A stretch of DNA of 64,000 nt from Spironucleus salmonicida (GCF_000497125.1 NC_090599.1:372001-436000); one strand, 5' to 3'. Shown: positions 26,968-39,007, counted from the first letter of the stretch. A program made the numbers and translations. Notes: a model not told the origin generated them from the letters alone.

Positions 26968-27417
26968 TCACAGACAATCTTAGAAAAAGTCATGGAACTC
27001 TTAGAAACTAATTAACCCAGATTTAGAAATATTCAATATCTCAAAGCAGTCATCAATTTCCTAATCTGATAATTTCATATGTCCAATATTGACTAGCAAC
27101 TCCTGGAGCTCGGTACGATCAATCTCACCTGAATCATCAGTATCAACTAATTTAAAAATATTTTTAAGTTCTACCTCTTTGTCTTTTGGCTTAATTAAAA
27201 CCATAAACTTACAAAATTCTTCAAAGTCCATGTAACCATTACCATCATCGTCAATTTTATTCATATTTTTCACAATCGTATCAACATTATATTTGATATG
27301 TAACGATTTTAACATAGTTTCTATCTCATTCAAATCAACAAAACCATTACCATCAATATCAAATGCTTTAAAAGTCTCGTATAATTCAGTTCTAAGCTGT
27401 TATGAAATTTCAATCAT
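26968..27417 (-). CDS. calmodulin-like protein, tandem copy B (149 aa)
   Basis: Loops DIDGNGFVDLNE, DDDGNGYMDFEE, DTDDSGEIDRTE and degenerate NISKSGLISFQE. Colinear with copy A. Confidence 0.92.
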
Positions 27418-27574
27418 TTAACTCTAAATCTAAATAACTAATAATATTTAAATAAGATTAATTATTTAGTTTTTGTCAATAGATTATAAATATTTATTGC
27501 ATATAATATACTGATAGAAACATAATAATTTTCTAACTAACATTATTATATCCTAATATATACTTAACCTGAAA

Positions 27575-28102
27575 ATGTTCGCCATTCCCAATTATCCAAT
27601 TCTGATAATCTACGCCACCCAAACTGGCACAACCAAGCAGATAGCTAAAGACCTCCACTCTAACCTCCAAAACTAAGGCTTTTAAGCAATTTTAAAGCAA
27701 ATAAACGGCCTTAAACCTAGCGATTTAACTGGCGTTTCTGCATTCATTTTTGCAACGTCCACGTACGGCGCGGGCGAGTTCCCGCAAATGGCAATTCGGC
27801 CCCTCGCGGAATTCAAAACGCCAGCTTTTGCGCAGCATTTCAAGGGGCTGAAATACGGAATTTTCGGCGTCGGATCCACCGAATTTGCGAGTTTCTGCAG
27901 CGCCGCCGACGCTGCGGAGCGGCTTTTCGAGGGCCTCGGCTGCAGGAAAATCATCGAAATTGGGCGCCTGGACCGGGCGCGGAAGCTGGGCGATCAGCAG
28001 GCCGGGGGCGTCCTGGGCTGGTGCGACGAGTTCGCGCGCTTCGTCCAGCCGGTCGACGGGATGACGATTTGCAGAGAAATCGAGACCATTTTCGAGGAGT
28101 GA
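27575..28102 (+). CDS. stand-alone flavodoxin (MioC / P450-reductase FMN-domain type, 175 aa)
   Basis: FMN motifs IIYATQTGTTKQIA, TSTYGAGEFP and YGIFGVGSTEFASFC. Confidence 0.9.
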
Positions 28103-28221
28103 CGGAGTGTTTTCCTGGAGGAATTGGCACTATCGTGCGGGTTTGGGAATGAGTCTAAAAATAGCATCAAATTAAAAATTTTGATATAATAAAAATAAAA
28201 CTTTTTAAAATCGACGGAATC

Positions 28222-28788
28222 TCACATCTTGGCGTACCAGTCGAGGCCTCTAGGCTCAAATGGCTTGTCGGCCATGCACACGGGGCACTTCATAGGGGCC
28301 TTGGCGCCGACGTGGACGTAGCCGCAGATCATGCAGATCCAGGTCGTGTCGTCCTTCTGGGCGAAGACGCTCTCGGTCTCCACGAGCTTGACCAGGTTGG
28401 CGAACCGCTGGGCGTGGTCGGCCTCGATCTTGGCGAGGTTGCGGAACAGGGCTGCGATGGCGGGGAAGCCCTCGTCGGCGGCCACCTTGGAGAAGGCGGG
28501 GTAGGCGTGCTCGGCCTCCTCGGTCTCGCCGGCGACGGCCAGCTTCAGGTTCTCGAGCGTGGTGCCGAGCTTGCCGGCGGGGTAGCAGGCGTTGATCTCG
28601 AGGTCGCCGCCCTCCAGGAAGGAGAAGAGGCGGAAGGCGTGCTGCTTCTCCATCTCGGCGTTGTTGGCGAAGATGTGCTGGATGTAGGGGAAGCCCTCGT
28701 CCTTGGCCTTGTTGGCGAACTGCATGTAGCGGTTGAACGCCTGCGACTCGCCCGCGAAGGCCTTGAGCACGTTCTTTTCGGTTTCGGA
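28222..28788. repeat. left arm of a 567-bp inverted repeat (rubrerythrin core), partner 38441..39007
   Basis: Reverse complement matches 38441..39007. One difference was seen by eye (Pro CCT vs CCC). Confidence 0.92.
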
Positions 28789-28809
28789 ACCCTTGATTGA
28801 CTTAACCAT
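28222..28809 (-). CDS. rbr: rubrerythrin, canonical short form (195 aa)
   Basis: AFAGESQA..RY, diiron ligands EKQH, GETEE, EADH, and rubredoxin domain WICMICGY...CPVC. Confidence 0.96.
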   Translation of the reverse strand: MVKSIKGSETEKNVLKAFAGESQAFNRYMQFANKAKDEGFPYIQHIFANNAEMEKQHAFRLFSFLEGGDLEINACYPAGKLGTTLENLKLAVAGETEEAEHAYPAFSKVAADEGFPAIAALFRNLAKIEADHAQRFANLVKLVETESVFAQKDDTTWICMICGYVHVGAKAPMKCPVCMADKPFEPRGLDWYAKM

Positions 28810-29062
28810 TTTGTGAAGGAACGGAAAGATTTGGAAACAAGACTAAAATTAAAATTACAACATATAATCACTATTTAATAGTTTCTACAATATTTATTTT
28901 TTCGATAATACTATTTACAATGTAATATACTACTACTATCCGCACGAAAGTATACATTTTTTATTATATGTCTTATTTTATATACTATTCATATTTTTAC
29001 GAGTATACAACAAAAACTTCGAAGGTACTCAATCTTCACTTTCAGCCAAAATATAAATGTCA

Positions 29063-32000
29063 TCACTTATAATTGTTCTACACCAGTATTTCTTCGAATT
29101 TCTACCGTTATTGCCGCATGTTGTGCCGCAATTCGCCCAATCCGAAATGATCGTAAATGCTCTCAATGGCGTTATCCAAATTGTCAACCCCGTCGCTCTA
29201 GACGATGTAGAAGCTGCTGTTCAGTAGTAGAATGTCACGGCTCTCCTGGACGCGCCCAATGCCCTCCTTGAAAATGCAGCTCAGAGCGATCCCCTGAGGG
29301 CACATTTCCACTCCTTCTTTCAAAATCGAATCGCACAAAAAGCCCGTCCGGAAGCCGATTTCTGCCGTTGGGACGCCCAGCGACACCGCGACGAGCCCCG
29401 GGACGACGAAATTCGTCAGATTCGCGCCGCTGACGGAGCAGCCCAAAACGGCCTGCACGACGTCCAGGAACTTCAGGGCCTGGAACTGCTGCATTCCGGC
29501 GTTCCCGGAGCGCGCGCCAGTTGCCAAAAATAGCGAAATTTCGTGCAAAATGACAAAAAATTCGGCCGAAAATGCAAAATTGTTGAGGCTGTTTAAGTCG
29601 AAAACTTGATCGTCTGGAGTGGTACTCAGCTCCTCCGGTTGGTTCAGTTGCGTGATAATTTGCGCTAAAATTTCGAGGAAAAACGCAGTCGTGTAGGGTG
29701 ATATTTTCGTGTTTGGGGCGCCTCTCGCTGCGAATTTGAACTCGCTGTTGGCGGTCAAATTTGGATAATTTGGGGTCTGTTGGATCACAGGCTCGAAAAT
29801 ATTATTAGCGGTTAAATTCAGCTTTTCGTAGTAAATTTTTTGAGTAGGTGATATAATAGAGGAAAGGAAAGAAACTAATGCTAAAAGTTATTATAGTACA
29901 TAATCTGACCATAATTTCGGTGAAAATTAAGAAAGGATTTTTAAGTATTTTTACTCGAAAATGGCAATTTCTGGTGATTGCGGAACCACGGTTTTGAAGA
30001 ACTGGCCATCTAGTTAATTGTAAGGTTTCGTTGCGAATGCACGCGTGTCGAACGTCTGGAATTGGTTCAGTTGCATGATAATTCGCTTCGTCATTTCGAA
30101 GCAAAAAAGTACAGAATTCGAAAATCCCGACTGGTTTTGCTGAATAGAAAATAATTTCTAATGCCTTGAAACGACGATTTACAAAATCTGTGAACTCGAA
30201 AAAATAATTCCCGCAAAGTCGAAAATTGAGCGGAAAATCGTAATTAAAGTGACATTCAAAATATTCGTAACTACCGAGTCCATAGCTGCCGATAACGGCT
30301 TGATTTGCTGAAGAATGTCAGGCTGCTCCAGATTTAGCTGATTTTAAACAAAAAATTATACTGAATTATTTGTTATTATATTTTATATAATAAGCATATT
30401 AATTGCAAGAATTAAAAAATTTTCTACGGAAAGTCTGTACTTGAAAATCTGCTATATTAAAAGCTTTGAATAAGAATTCAAATTTTCGCTCTAAAACCCG
30501 TAATAATCGTCAGATGACGTGTCCGAAGAGACGTCATCGGGGTCGAATTCGTTGTTTTTTCCGATGAAATCTCTGAAAACATGCTCGAAATCTAGGCAGT
30601 TTTTGATCAGAAACTGTAAGAAAACAGGTACGTGGGACTCATTTTTACGTGAAATGACGTGCAAAATGATGAACGCCTCAACAGAATTCGTACACGAAAG
30701 GGCGTTCAAGTTGATCAGAACCTGCACAGGATTAACTAGAAAAAGCGACAAAACTATAACGTTCAGCTTCTTCACAATCTGCAAATCTGCATTATTTTGA
30801 TTTGACTAAACAGCCAAATTGCAAATTGAATTTGAAAAAAGGAGGTCAAAATTGCTTTTATTTGTGCACAACGCGATGAAATATGCCGTTAAAACGCGTT
30901 TTATCTCGAAATTCGAGTCGTCATGACCATTTTGCTGATCTTTCAGCTGTCTGTTGAAGCTTTACGTCGTCACAAAATCCTTATTCAAAAGTTGAATTTC
31001 TGGAGTAATTTTTTCGTCTTTTTGAGCATTTTCCACTTTAAATTCTAGAGCAAAATTCATTAAATCTTAAACTTGAATGTACCCGCAAATAATATTTACG
31101 AATTCTTGCGAATCCGAGTCGTTTTGGAGCTAAACGTTCTTCAAAAGCCAGGATAGTGCGTGCTTCAAGCAAAAAAGAAGCTCCGCTGCAAATTAATTCT
31201 ACTGTTAAAATCCGAATGGATCCTTAAACTATATTAAACTCTAATGTGTTTCGATCAAATCCTGTAGAATCTCGTTAATTAAAGGAGTAGGAATAAATGA
31301 TTATTATGTGTTTAATATCGGATTTAATAAAATTGTCGCTGAAGCGGAAAGGAGCGGGTGAAACCTGAAAACGAGCAAAAGCGAAACCGGTACGATCATA
31401 TTCGCCTGATTCCGTGACTGGAAGTGCATCGACTATGGTTACTAATATGCACAGTACGATGACGCCTGTACATAGTTCTCGTTGTTGTATAAACATGCTT
31501 TTAGCAAGCTTTTTGACAGCGCAAGCCCCGTCTACTGGTTCCGTAGAAACTGGACCAATTCGCTGCTCTGGCACGTCCCAATCGCCGAATTGCGCAGGAT
31601 AGAGTCCAGCTCGCTCTCCGAGTACGGTGACTGATCGTTAATGCGCAGAATCGGGTTAAGGAAGTTCTGATCGTAGATCGAGTTCGGATTTAGCAGTTGG
31701 AAGAGTTGTTTCAGTGTCAAAATCGACACGTGCTGCACCTTTTCATCCTGAATTTTCGTGTGAATTTTGAACACCGATTGCAGGATCAACGTGTAGTACT
31801 CCTTCACCGCGCAGAGCTGGAAATTACACTACCAGACCTGCTGGTTCCGCAGTGTTTGCTTGGTGTCTTGCAAAAAGTCGCAAAACGCCGAAAGCAGCAC
31901 GCAGTAGAACTGCACAAATGCCAGCTGATGCTGGTTCTGCTCCTTCACGAGTGTGAACGACGTCTGGTACTTGCAAACGTCCTGAAAAATTCGCACAAAC

Positions 32001-35000
32001 GTTTTTATGATCAAAATCGCGTAGTCCGTGAGGCTACTTTTGGCCTAAAATGACTTACTGAGACGCTCGATTTTGGTCTGGCAATAGAACGTGACGGAAT
32101 GTTGCAAAATCTGGTTCTCAAACGAGCTGTAGTCAATCGGGTAGCGTTTAACCTCCACGTCGTATTCCGAGAGTTTGTTGTAATTGTCCAGGTACATCAA
32201 AACATCGTCGTTGGGCTCTTCGATAGTGTCGAATTAGTTGCTAGCGACTAGAGTGTGGAGCGACAGCAGGACGTCGATGGAGTACGTCGAAATCTGCAGG
32301 TAGAGATCCGAGGACTGAATTTGCTTGTAGAACTCGGGAATATGCTGCACAGTCGAGCTGGTGATTATTGAGGCTGGGAGGTCGTATTTTTGCGAGTTGA
32401 AATCGCTTATCAGGCTTGTGAAGAAGCTCGTGAGCAGAATTGTCTTGTTGGCGGTATAAAAAACTTGTTTTTACTGGAAGAGGAAATCGGTGGGAAATAC
32501 GTTTTCGAAAATTTATTTCAGGCTACCTTTGTTGTACTTGATTAGTAGGTTGATTTCTGACGTTATCGCGTCCATTTCGAAGTATTTCAGCAACTTGAAA
32601 ATCGCTAGTTTTACTGTAGTAAAGTTTTCAATAATCTTTAGGTTCGGCTACAGGTGGTTGTAATTTTGTTGTTTCAAGTCCTAGATAGTGTAGTTAAGGT
32701 GCTTAAGTAGAATTGATTATTGTGGTAGAATTTATTTTATGTCTAAAAGGTACATTGTTATATAAGTCGCGTTAAATAATGTTTTGATGAAGTCGTGTTG
32801 GTCGGTTTCGGATGAAATGGTCTTGGTGAGATTTTCAATGGTTATTTATAAAGTTGATACAATTTCGCATAAATAAGTTATTATGTCAGTTTATTGCAAG
32901 TCTTGAACAATTAAAAAGTAAAACGGTCTTTTTTGGTTCATTTCTGTGTTTTGATTAGCGAAAAATGGTTAGATAATATTTTTGTTGTGATACAGGATTT
33001 CTTATAACGGGTTTGACTGATTTAGCGAATAATCTCCAGAAAATAATCTTTAGAACTAGCTAACCGTAAAAGGTTCTTATAAAAAGTCATCTGGTTGCAT
33101 CTTTTCATCATCTTATTCAATTTAGAACACCTCCGCCATAACTAAAGATTGTCCACAAGGAGATCCGAGGGCCCATGACCCAATAATATCAAATAAAACT
33201 AACTGTGCTTAAACTGAATTTTAGACTAAAATTCTTAGCAAGCTTCCGTTAGCACCCTAAATTCGTATTATTGTATTAATTAAACAACATAGGGAGATAT
33301 GGGAAATTTTTTTCTGTGTAAATAAATTGGTGTTAATCATACACAATAGCAGGCCTTCAACTATATTTAATGCATTATCTGATGACTGTAATGCCAAAGA
33401 GCAAATTTAATCTAGTTTAGTAAAAAATAAATTATCATCATCAATAAACTAATAAAATAAGTTAACTGTATTCTCTTTTGATAATTTATCTTTTTAAAGT
33501 TTTATCGATAACTATTCGGTTGTCCTTTATATTCCAATAATTTCGTCTAGAAATTTCATTGAACAAGGCTCAAATACCAAATCTAGTGTATCGTCGATTT
33601 TCTTATGAAACAATATGTTACTAAAATATGTATTTCTTTGAACAAAAAATTATTAATGCAGATAATTTTAAAGGTTTGTCTAGCCTACTAAATTAAAGAA
33701 CACAGAACGTTCGGTGTATTATTAAGTAAGTGCTATGTGAAAAAATTTAAATAAGGCAATATAAATAAAGCATGTCAACTAATTAGGAATATTACTTTAT
33801 TTAGAGTTAACCGTAGTAACTATATTAAATAGATCATTTAATTAAATATTTTTATTTTAAATTAAATTTAACAAAGCTTCCGATATATCAAATACAGCAT
33901 CATCATTATTAATATAAAGAGCCAGTTCTTCAACTGGTATATAAATTTTATCTGAAAAGTATAGTAATATAAATTCTGGCTAACTAGCAACTTAAATTTT
34001 ATCTTAGCTAGTTTAACAGGTACAAAATTTGAATAAATTATGATAATAAAGTTTACCTCCTCTATTAAGGTTTGTAAGATTTTCTAAAATACAAACATTT
34101 CCTTACTGATAAGCATATTGAAGAGCTTTACTAAAATGTCCACATCCTTAATAAATTTATTCATATTCATTGTTATCTTCAAGTAATTTACAAATTTGTA
34201 CTAGAGGTAGACAACTACATACTACAAAATAATGTAGTGCTTCAGCTTTTAAAATTTCTTATTAATTTTCTAAACTAATTGGAGTGGATGAGAAATCGTC
34301 AAGTTAATAAATCTCTGCAATTTATTCTGATGTATCGTCATCTGCATCTAAGCCATTCTAAAAATGAAAAACTACATTTATAATTAAATCCGCAATTTAT
34401 TTAATCATATCTAGCTATAATTTGGTACAGTTTTATTTTTATGATACTAAATATGCATATGAAAAAGAATAACATGAAGATAAACCTTAAATAATTCCAG
34501 CACAAATTATGACTTAATATTAATACTTCAAACGCAAATCTACAAATGGTAGTTACTACAATTAATTTCTTTCGGGTAGATATTTAATTTCTTAATCCAT
34601 CAAAACTTATAATTCTTTAAGATTATTAAACAAAAACTTTTAAATTTTTGCAATAATTATTTAGTCTCGAAGCTATGATATTAAATCTATTGTAATATTA
34701 AAAACTTAACTAAAATGATTTTACATAACTGAATTAGTAGAAAATGGGCATTGTTGCAAGATTGAAGTCAACTATTACTCCTAAGTTGAACTCGTAATAT
34801 TCGATAAATGCTCATTCCCATACAAAGAGATATTCGTAATTAAATCTCCTGTAATATTGGCCGTTGATTCACCATATGCTTTAATTGCTGAAAGTACTTA
34901 TATGATAGTAGTAACTATAAAATGATTTGTAGTAATAGAAAGCGCTTTGGTTTCAGGTTCTATTATTTCATAAAATTTTTATAGTTCCTGCCTGTACTGT

Positions 35001-35317
35001 ACTTGAACGATATCCAGAAACTCTTTAGAAGTAAAACAATTTGGAAATTTCTTTAAAATGCCTAACATTAGTAACATAAAAATATAAGCCTTTTTACAGT
35101 AATTTTTTGAATTGAACTACACTAGCTAATATGAAATAGTAGGTTCGAACGCTGGTGCAATCTATGTAAGAATTTTTGGTAATTTCATGAAAATGTTATT
35201 AATATTCAGTAACTTGTTTATATATTATGATAATATAAAATGTTACTACTCAGAGAAGAAAACCTCTTAACTAGAACAAGATAATACAAATTCGTCAAAA
35301 AATTATATACTCTCCAT
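29063..35317 (-). CDS. very large hypothetical protein, probably HEAT/ARM-like alpha-solenoid (~2084 aa)
   Basis: Track ORFs 29198, 30491, 31532 and 31829 share one frame, which extends from ATG 35317 to AAG-TGA. L/I/F/Q-rich helical composition. Frame spot-checked only. Confidence 0.68.
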
Positions 35318-35358
35318 TTCAAAGGAAATGGTACTATATTCTTATAAAAATATAATAA

Positions 35359-36129
35359 TCATTTTATCAATGCGAGAACTCGAAAAAACTCTGGGCAAAC
35401 AGACTCGATCTCAGCACATACCAAATCTGAAAATCCAACGATCTTTTTGATATCATCTTCCTTTTCCATCTGATGAGAATAATACTATCGTATTAGATTT
35501 ACTAATGCCCTAAATTATATTTTATCACCTGAAATACCAATTTTCTAGCAAATACTATTACTTTCAACTACTTAAATATCCTAAATTAATTTTGTACCAT
35601 TTTCATGTACAAAACGTATCTTCTATAATGCTTTTTCACTTGTCAGTGTCCATTCTAATTATAAAGTGCTTTTCTTTTAGTTTGTTATCCTAGCGATTAG
35701 TAACTCGCCATTCACCATATGAAATGTCACAGGTTTACAGCTAAACTCAGAGCATATTGTATTATACTTTAGTTTTTATAGCCAGGTTAATGATGATAGT
35801 TATAAATGACAAAATAAAACATATTTAACAATGTAAAAATCATCATATATTTTTGTCTAAACTGGTTATCTAAAACAAGTTGACCTGATTATTTTCTAAC
35901 TTCCCATCTAATAAAAAGCTACATTGTACAAAAACTGTCTTTTAAGGTCAACAGTAGTATATTCATCATCGAATAGCTATACAATGAATACTAACCCATC
36001 AAAAATACAAACCTACTAAAAATTGATTTAATTTACGTCGAAATTAAGTTTTTTACAGATAAAACATACTTTTTAACTAGTTTCTTCGTCTATCTTATGG
36101 GACAAAAGTTTAAATGGCAGACTGAACAT
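35359..36129 (-). CDS. hypothetical protein (256 aa)
   Basis: Fully translated, open from ATG to AAA-TGA; no recognised domain. Confidence 0.6.
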
Positions 36130-36171
36130 TTAAATACATATCTTATTATTGTATAATAATGATTAAATCTT

Positions 36172-37083
36172 TCACATTCCAAATAGCTAATTGATAACAA
36201 TTTCTACATTTCCTCCAGCAATTTCCAATAACTACAAAATCTCATCATCCGGCTGCGTTAATCCCATCTATCTAATCATCTCTAGCTGTGATGCGTACTT
36301 TGTCTTCAATTCGTCAAAATTAAGCTAGAGAGGCTGCACGTCAGGAATTTCAGGAAGCTCTCCAAATTCGTCGTTTAGTTCTCCCATCTCGCGTAAGCGG
36401 TCTAGCTAGGCCTATTCAAACTTATCTGCCTCATCTTCTTCAAAGCTTTCCCTGTTCTTCTTTACGGCGTCCAGAGACTGCTAAATAAGCTTTTTAAGCT
36501 CCTCTTTGTTACTGAAATCGAACTCCCTAGATCCAAAAAATGCCTTCAGATTATCCTTTGTCTTAGGGTCGCTGATGACCTTTTCTAGAAAAGCTTCGTC
36601 AGCTAGCAATTTTTCAGCGAATTTTTCACTTTTTAGGTTCGTGTCAGCCGATAAGATCGCCTCTGGGCTAAACATGTTGGAATCGGCGACAGTCTCGAAG
36701 GGGTTTTAGACGATTTGTTCTGGTGCAATAACATCAAGATAACTACGTGGGAACCATTCCTTGCTTTCTATTTATGGTTTAGACTCGGATTTCTTTGGGG
36801 AGCTCACTGCTGCAACTTTTGGCATTTCTACTTTCGAAGTCTCTACAACTTTTGCCGTTTACGAAACGTTAACAATGATAGTTGAGCCGTCTGCGACTTT
36901 TTAGTCAGGAAGGGACTTGTTGGCGTTTAAAATTGAGGATCCGTGGACCAATTTAATATTTGCGGTAGGATCAAACTCAAAATTTTAAATAGCTAGTTAT
37001 TTTATGGTATCAACAGTAGCTGTATCTGCTATTTCTATCTCAACCACTTTGTGTGTTTTCAAATGCTTGAGATTAATCTTCAT
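36172..37083 (-). CDS. UBL-UBA proteasome shuttle factor (Dsk2/ubiquilin-like, 303 aa)
   Basis: N-terminal ubiquitin-like MKINLK...IKLVHGSSIL...DGSTIIV; C-terminal UBA KYASQLEMIQQMGL...LEIAGGNVEIVINQLF. Confidence 0.88.
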
Positions 37084-38353
37084 TTGGTATAGTGGAGTGG
37101 CATAATCAAATGCTATATTATGTGTTTAAATTTAAATTTGGGATTTATTTAATAGATTTACGAATTGAACATTATATATGACTATTGATATTATGAAATA
37201 TTACTATAGTTGTTGATATATGATTAACGCTACTGCCTATTTTCTGTGGATCAGTTAAATACCTTATTTTATTAACTATAAAAACGAAAAAAACAGTATA
37301 TATGGTATATATTTTAATCAGAACTAAGCTGTAAAAACGTATTTATTTACAGTACTAAAGTACTATACGTTAAATCAGAAAAATTCATCTAATAATAACA
37401 GCACTAATGTTAATAAATTAGAAAAAATCTAGTTAAGTAATACAACTAAATAACTAATTTCTTAATTATCGATTTCAATCACCAAGGCTTATCGAAAGAA
37501 TAAAAGTTAGGATTCTATCACTCTCATTCAAGATTTTTATCATTTTATGCTGCTGTAGTTGGTAAGCAGAAGAAGAAACTTAAATTTAATTTAATGGAAA
37601 TACATTGATCATATTACAATATTATTGAAGTATAAATCAATCTTAATTGATATCCTATTAACTTTCTATCATTATTGATACATAAATACCAAAAAATATT
37701 TTCAATAAAGACACAATTAAAATTTATATTAAAAAACTAGAATATTTTATGAAAAATAATTAAGAATAATTACTGAATGACAAAATAATGATAAGTTAAG
37801 TTGTTATTAACATTTGAAATATTTGCATATAAAAATAAAGAAGCTCTTATGTTTATTGATTAAAATATTATAGCTTAATCCTGATTTCTATATATAAATG
37901 TTCATAAATAATATACTATTTATATATTATTTTTTTAAACTACATATCTTATATCTGTATTTAATACATAAGTATCTAGCCTGGTGAACTACAAGATTTG
38001 GCGACAATCTTTTCCCAGTCCACATTTCATCCTAATATTAATTATTATATTATGACCACTATGTATAATATAAAAGTATACTATAATCAAATCTTGTATG
38101 CACATATATTGTAAATAAGTTACTAATGATGAATGTAATATTTTAATTAAAAAAATTATTACATATAATTTTAAATAATGTAGCCATTAAAAGCAGAACT
38201 AGAACAAAACTTCTGAAAAAAAGTATACAAGAATTCATAATATCTAATTTAATAATAATAGTACATATTTTAAATAATTGTATACATAGTAATTTACATA
38301 TTACAATATAATCCAATAATTTATTTTTAAGTTACATATGCACTCCATCAAAA

Positions 38354-39007
38354 ATGGGATGCGCTAATACAGCTGAGATCGTCAAAGAGTATCATGATTA
38401 AAAAGGATCCTTTTAACGGGAAAAGGGCCTTCTTAAAGGCTCCGAAACCGAAAAGAACGTGCTCAAGGCCTTCGCGGGCGAGTCGCAGGCGTTCAACCGC
38501 TACATGCAGTTCGCCAACAAGGCCAAGGACGAGGGCTTCCCCTACATCCAGCACATCTTCGCCAACAACGCCGAGATGGAGAAGCAGCACGCCTTCCGCC
38601 TCTTCTCCTTCCTGGAGGGCGGCGACCTCGAGATCAACGCCTGCTACCCCGCCGGCAAGCTCGGCACCACGCTCGAGAACCTGAAGCTGGCCGTCGCCGG
38701 CGAGACCGAGGAGGCCGAGCACGCCTACCCCGCCTTCTCCAAGGTGGCCGCCGACGAGGGCTTCCCCGCCATCGCAGCCCTGTTCCGCAACCTCGCCAAG
38801 ATCGAGGCCGACCACGCCCAGCGGTTCGCCAACCTGGTCAAGCTCGTGGAGACCGAGAGCGTCTTCGCCCAGAAGGACGACACGACCTGGATCTGCATGA
38901 TCTGCGGCTACGTCCACGTCGGCGCCAAGGCCCCCATGAAGTGCCCCGTGTGCATGGCCGACAAGCCATTTGAGCCTAGAGGCCTCGACTGGTACGCCAA
39001 GATGTGA
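38354..39007 (+). CDS. rbr: rubrerythrin with N-terminal extension carrying an MGCxxT dual-acylation-type motif (217 aa)
   Basis: ATG 38354 reads MGCANTAEIVKEYHDQKGSFQREKGLLKGSETEKNVLKAFAGESQ through two TAA=Gln codons into a core identical in protein to 28222..28809. Confidence 0.9.
38441..39007. repeat. right arm of the 567-bp inverted repeat
   Basis: Identity starts at TCCGAAACC and ends at the TGA stop. Confidence 0.92.

Noticed and set aside
28222-28809. Bacterial contamination or chimeric assembly of the GC-rich rubrerythrin
   Set aside because: Both copies are embedded among alternative-code eukaryotic genes with host-type promoter motifs, and one is fused in frame to a TAA-containing extension.
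28312-28871. Overlapping track ORFs 28312..28800(+), 28545..28871(-) and their mirrors 38348..38917(-), 38394..38684(+)
   Set aside because: Shadow frames caused by the extreme GC3 bias of the rubrerythrin CDS; no domain content.
37200-38030. Open frames of 100+ codons in the long AT-rich spacer
   Set aside because: With one stop codon, long open frames arise by chance in AT-rich DNA; composition is I/N/Y/K-biased with no motifs.
38459-39007. Second rubrerythrin as a 5'-truncated pseudogene or GTG-start gene
   Set aside because: With TAA=Gln the frame is open to ATG 38354, which has a typical promoter-like context.
28222-39007. 567-bp inverted repeats as transposon terminal repeats
   Set aside because: The arms are exactly rubrerythrin coding sequence; no transposase or target-site duplication was seen, and the interior holds ordinary host genes.
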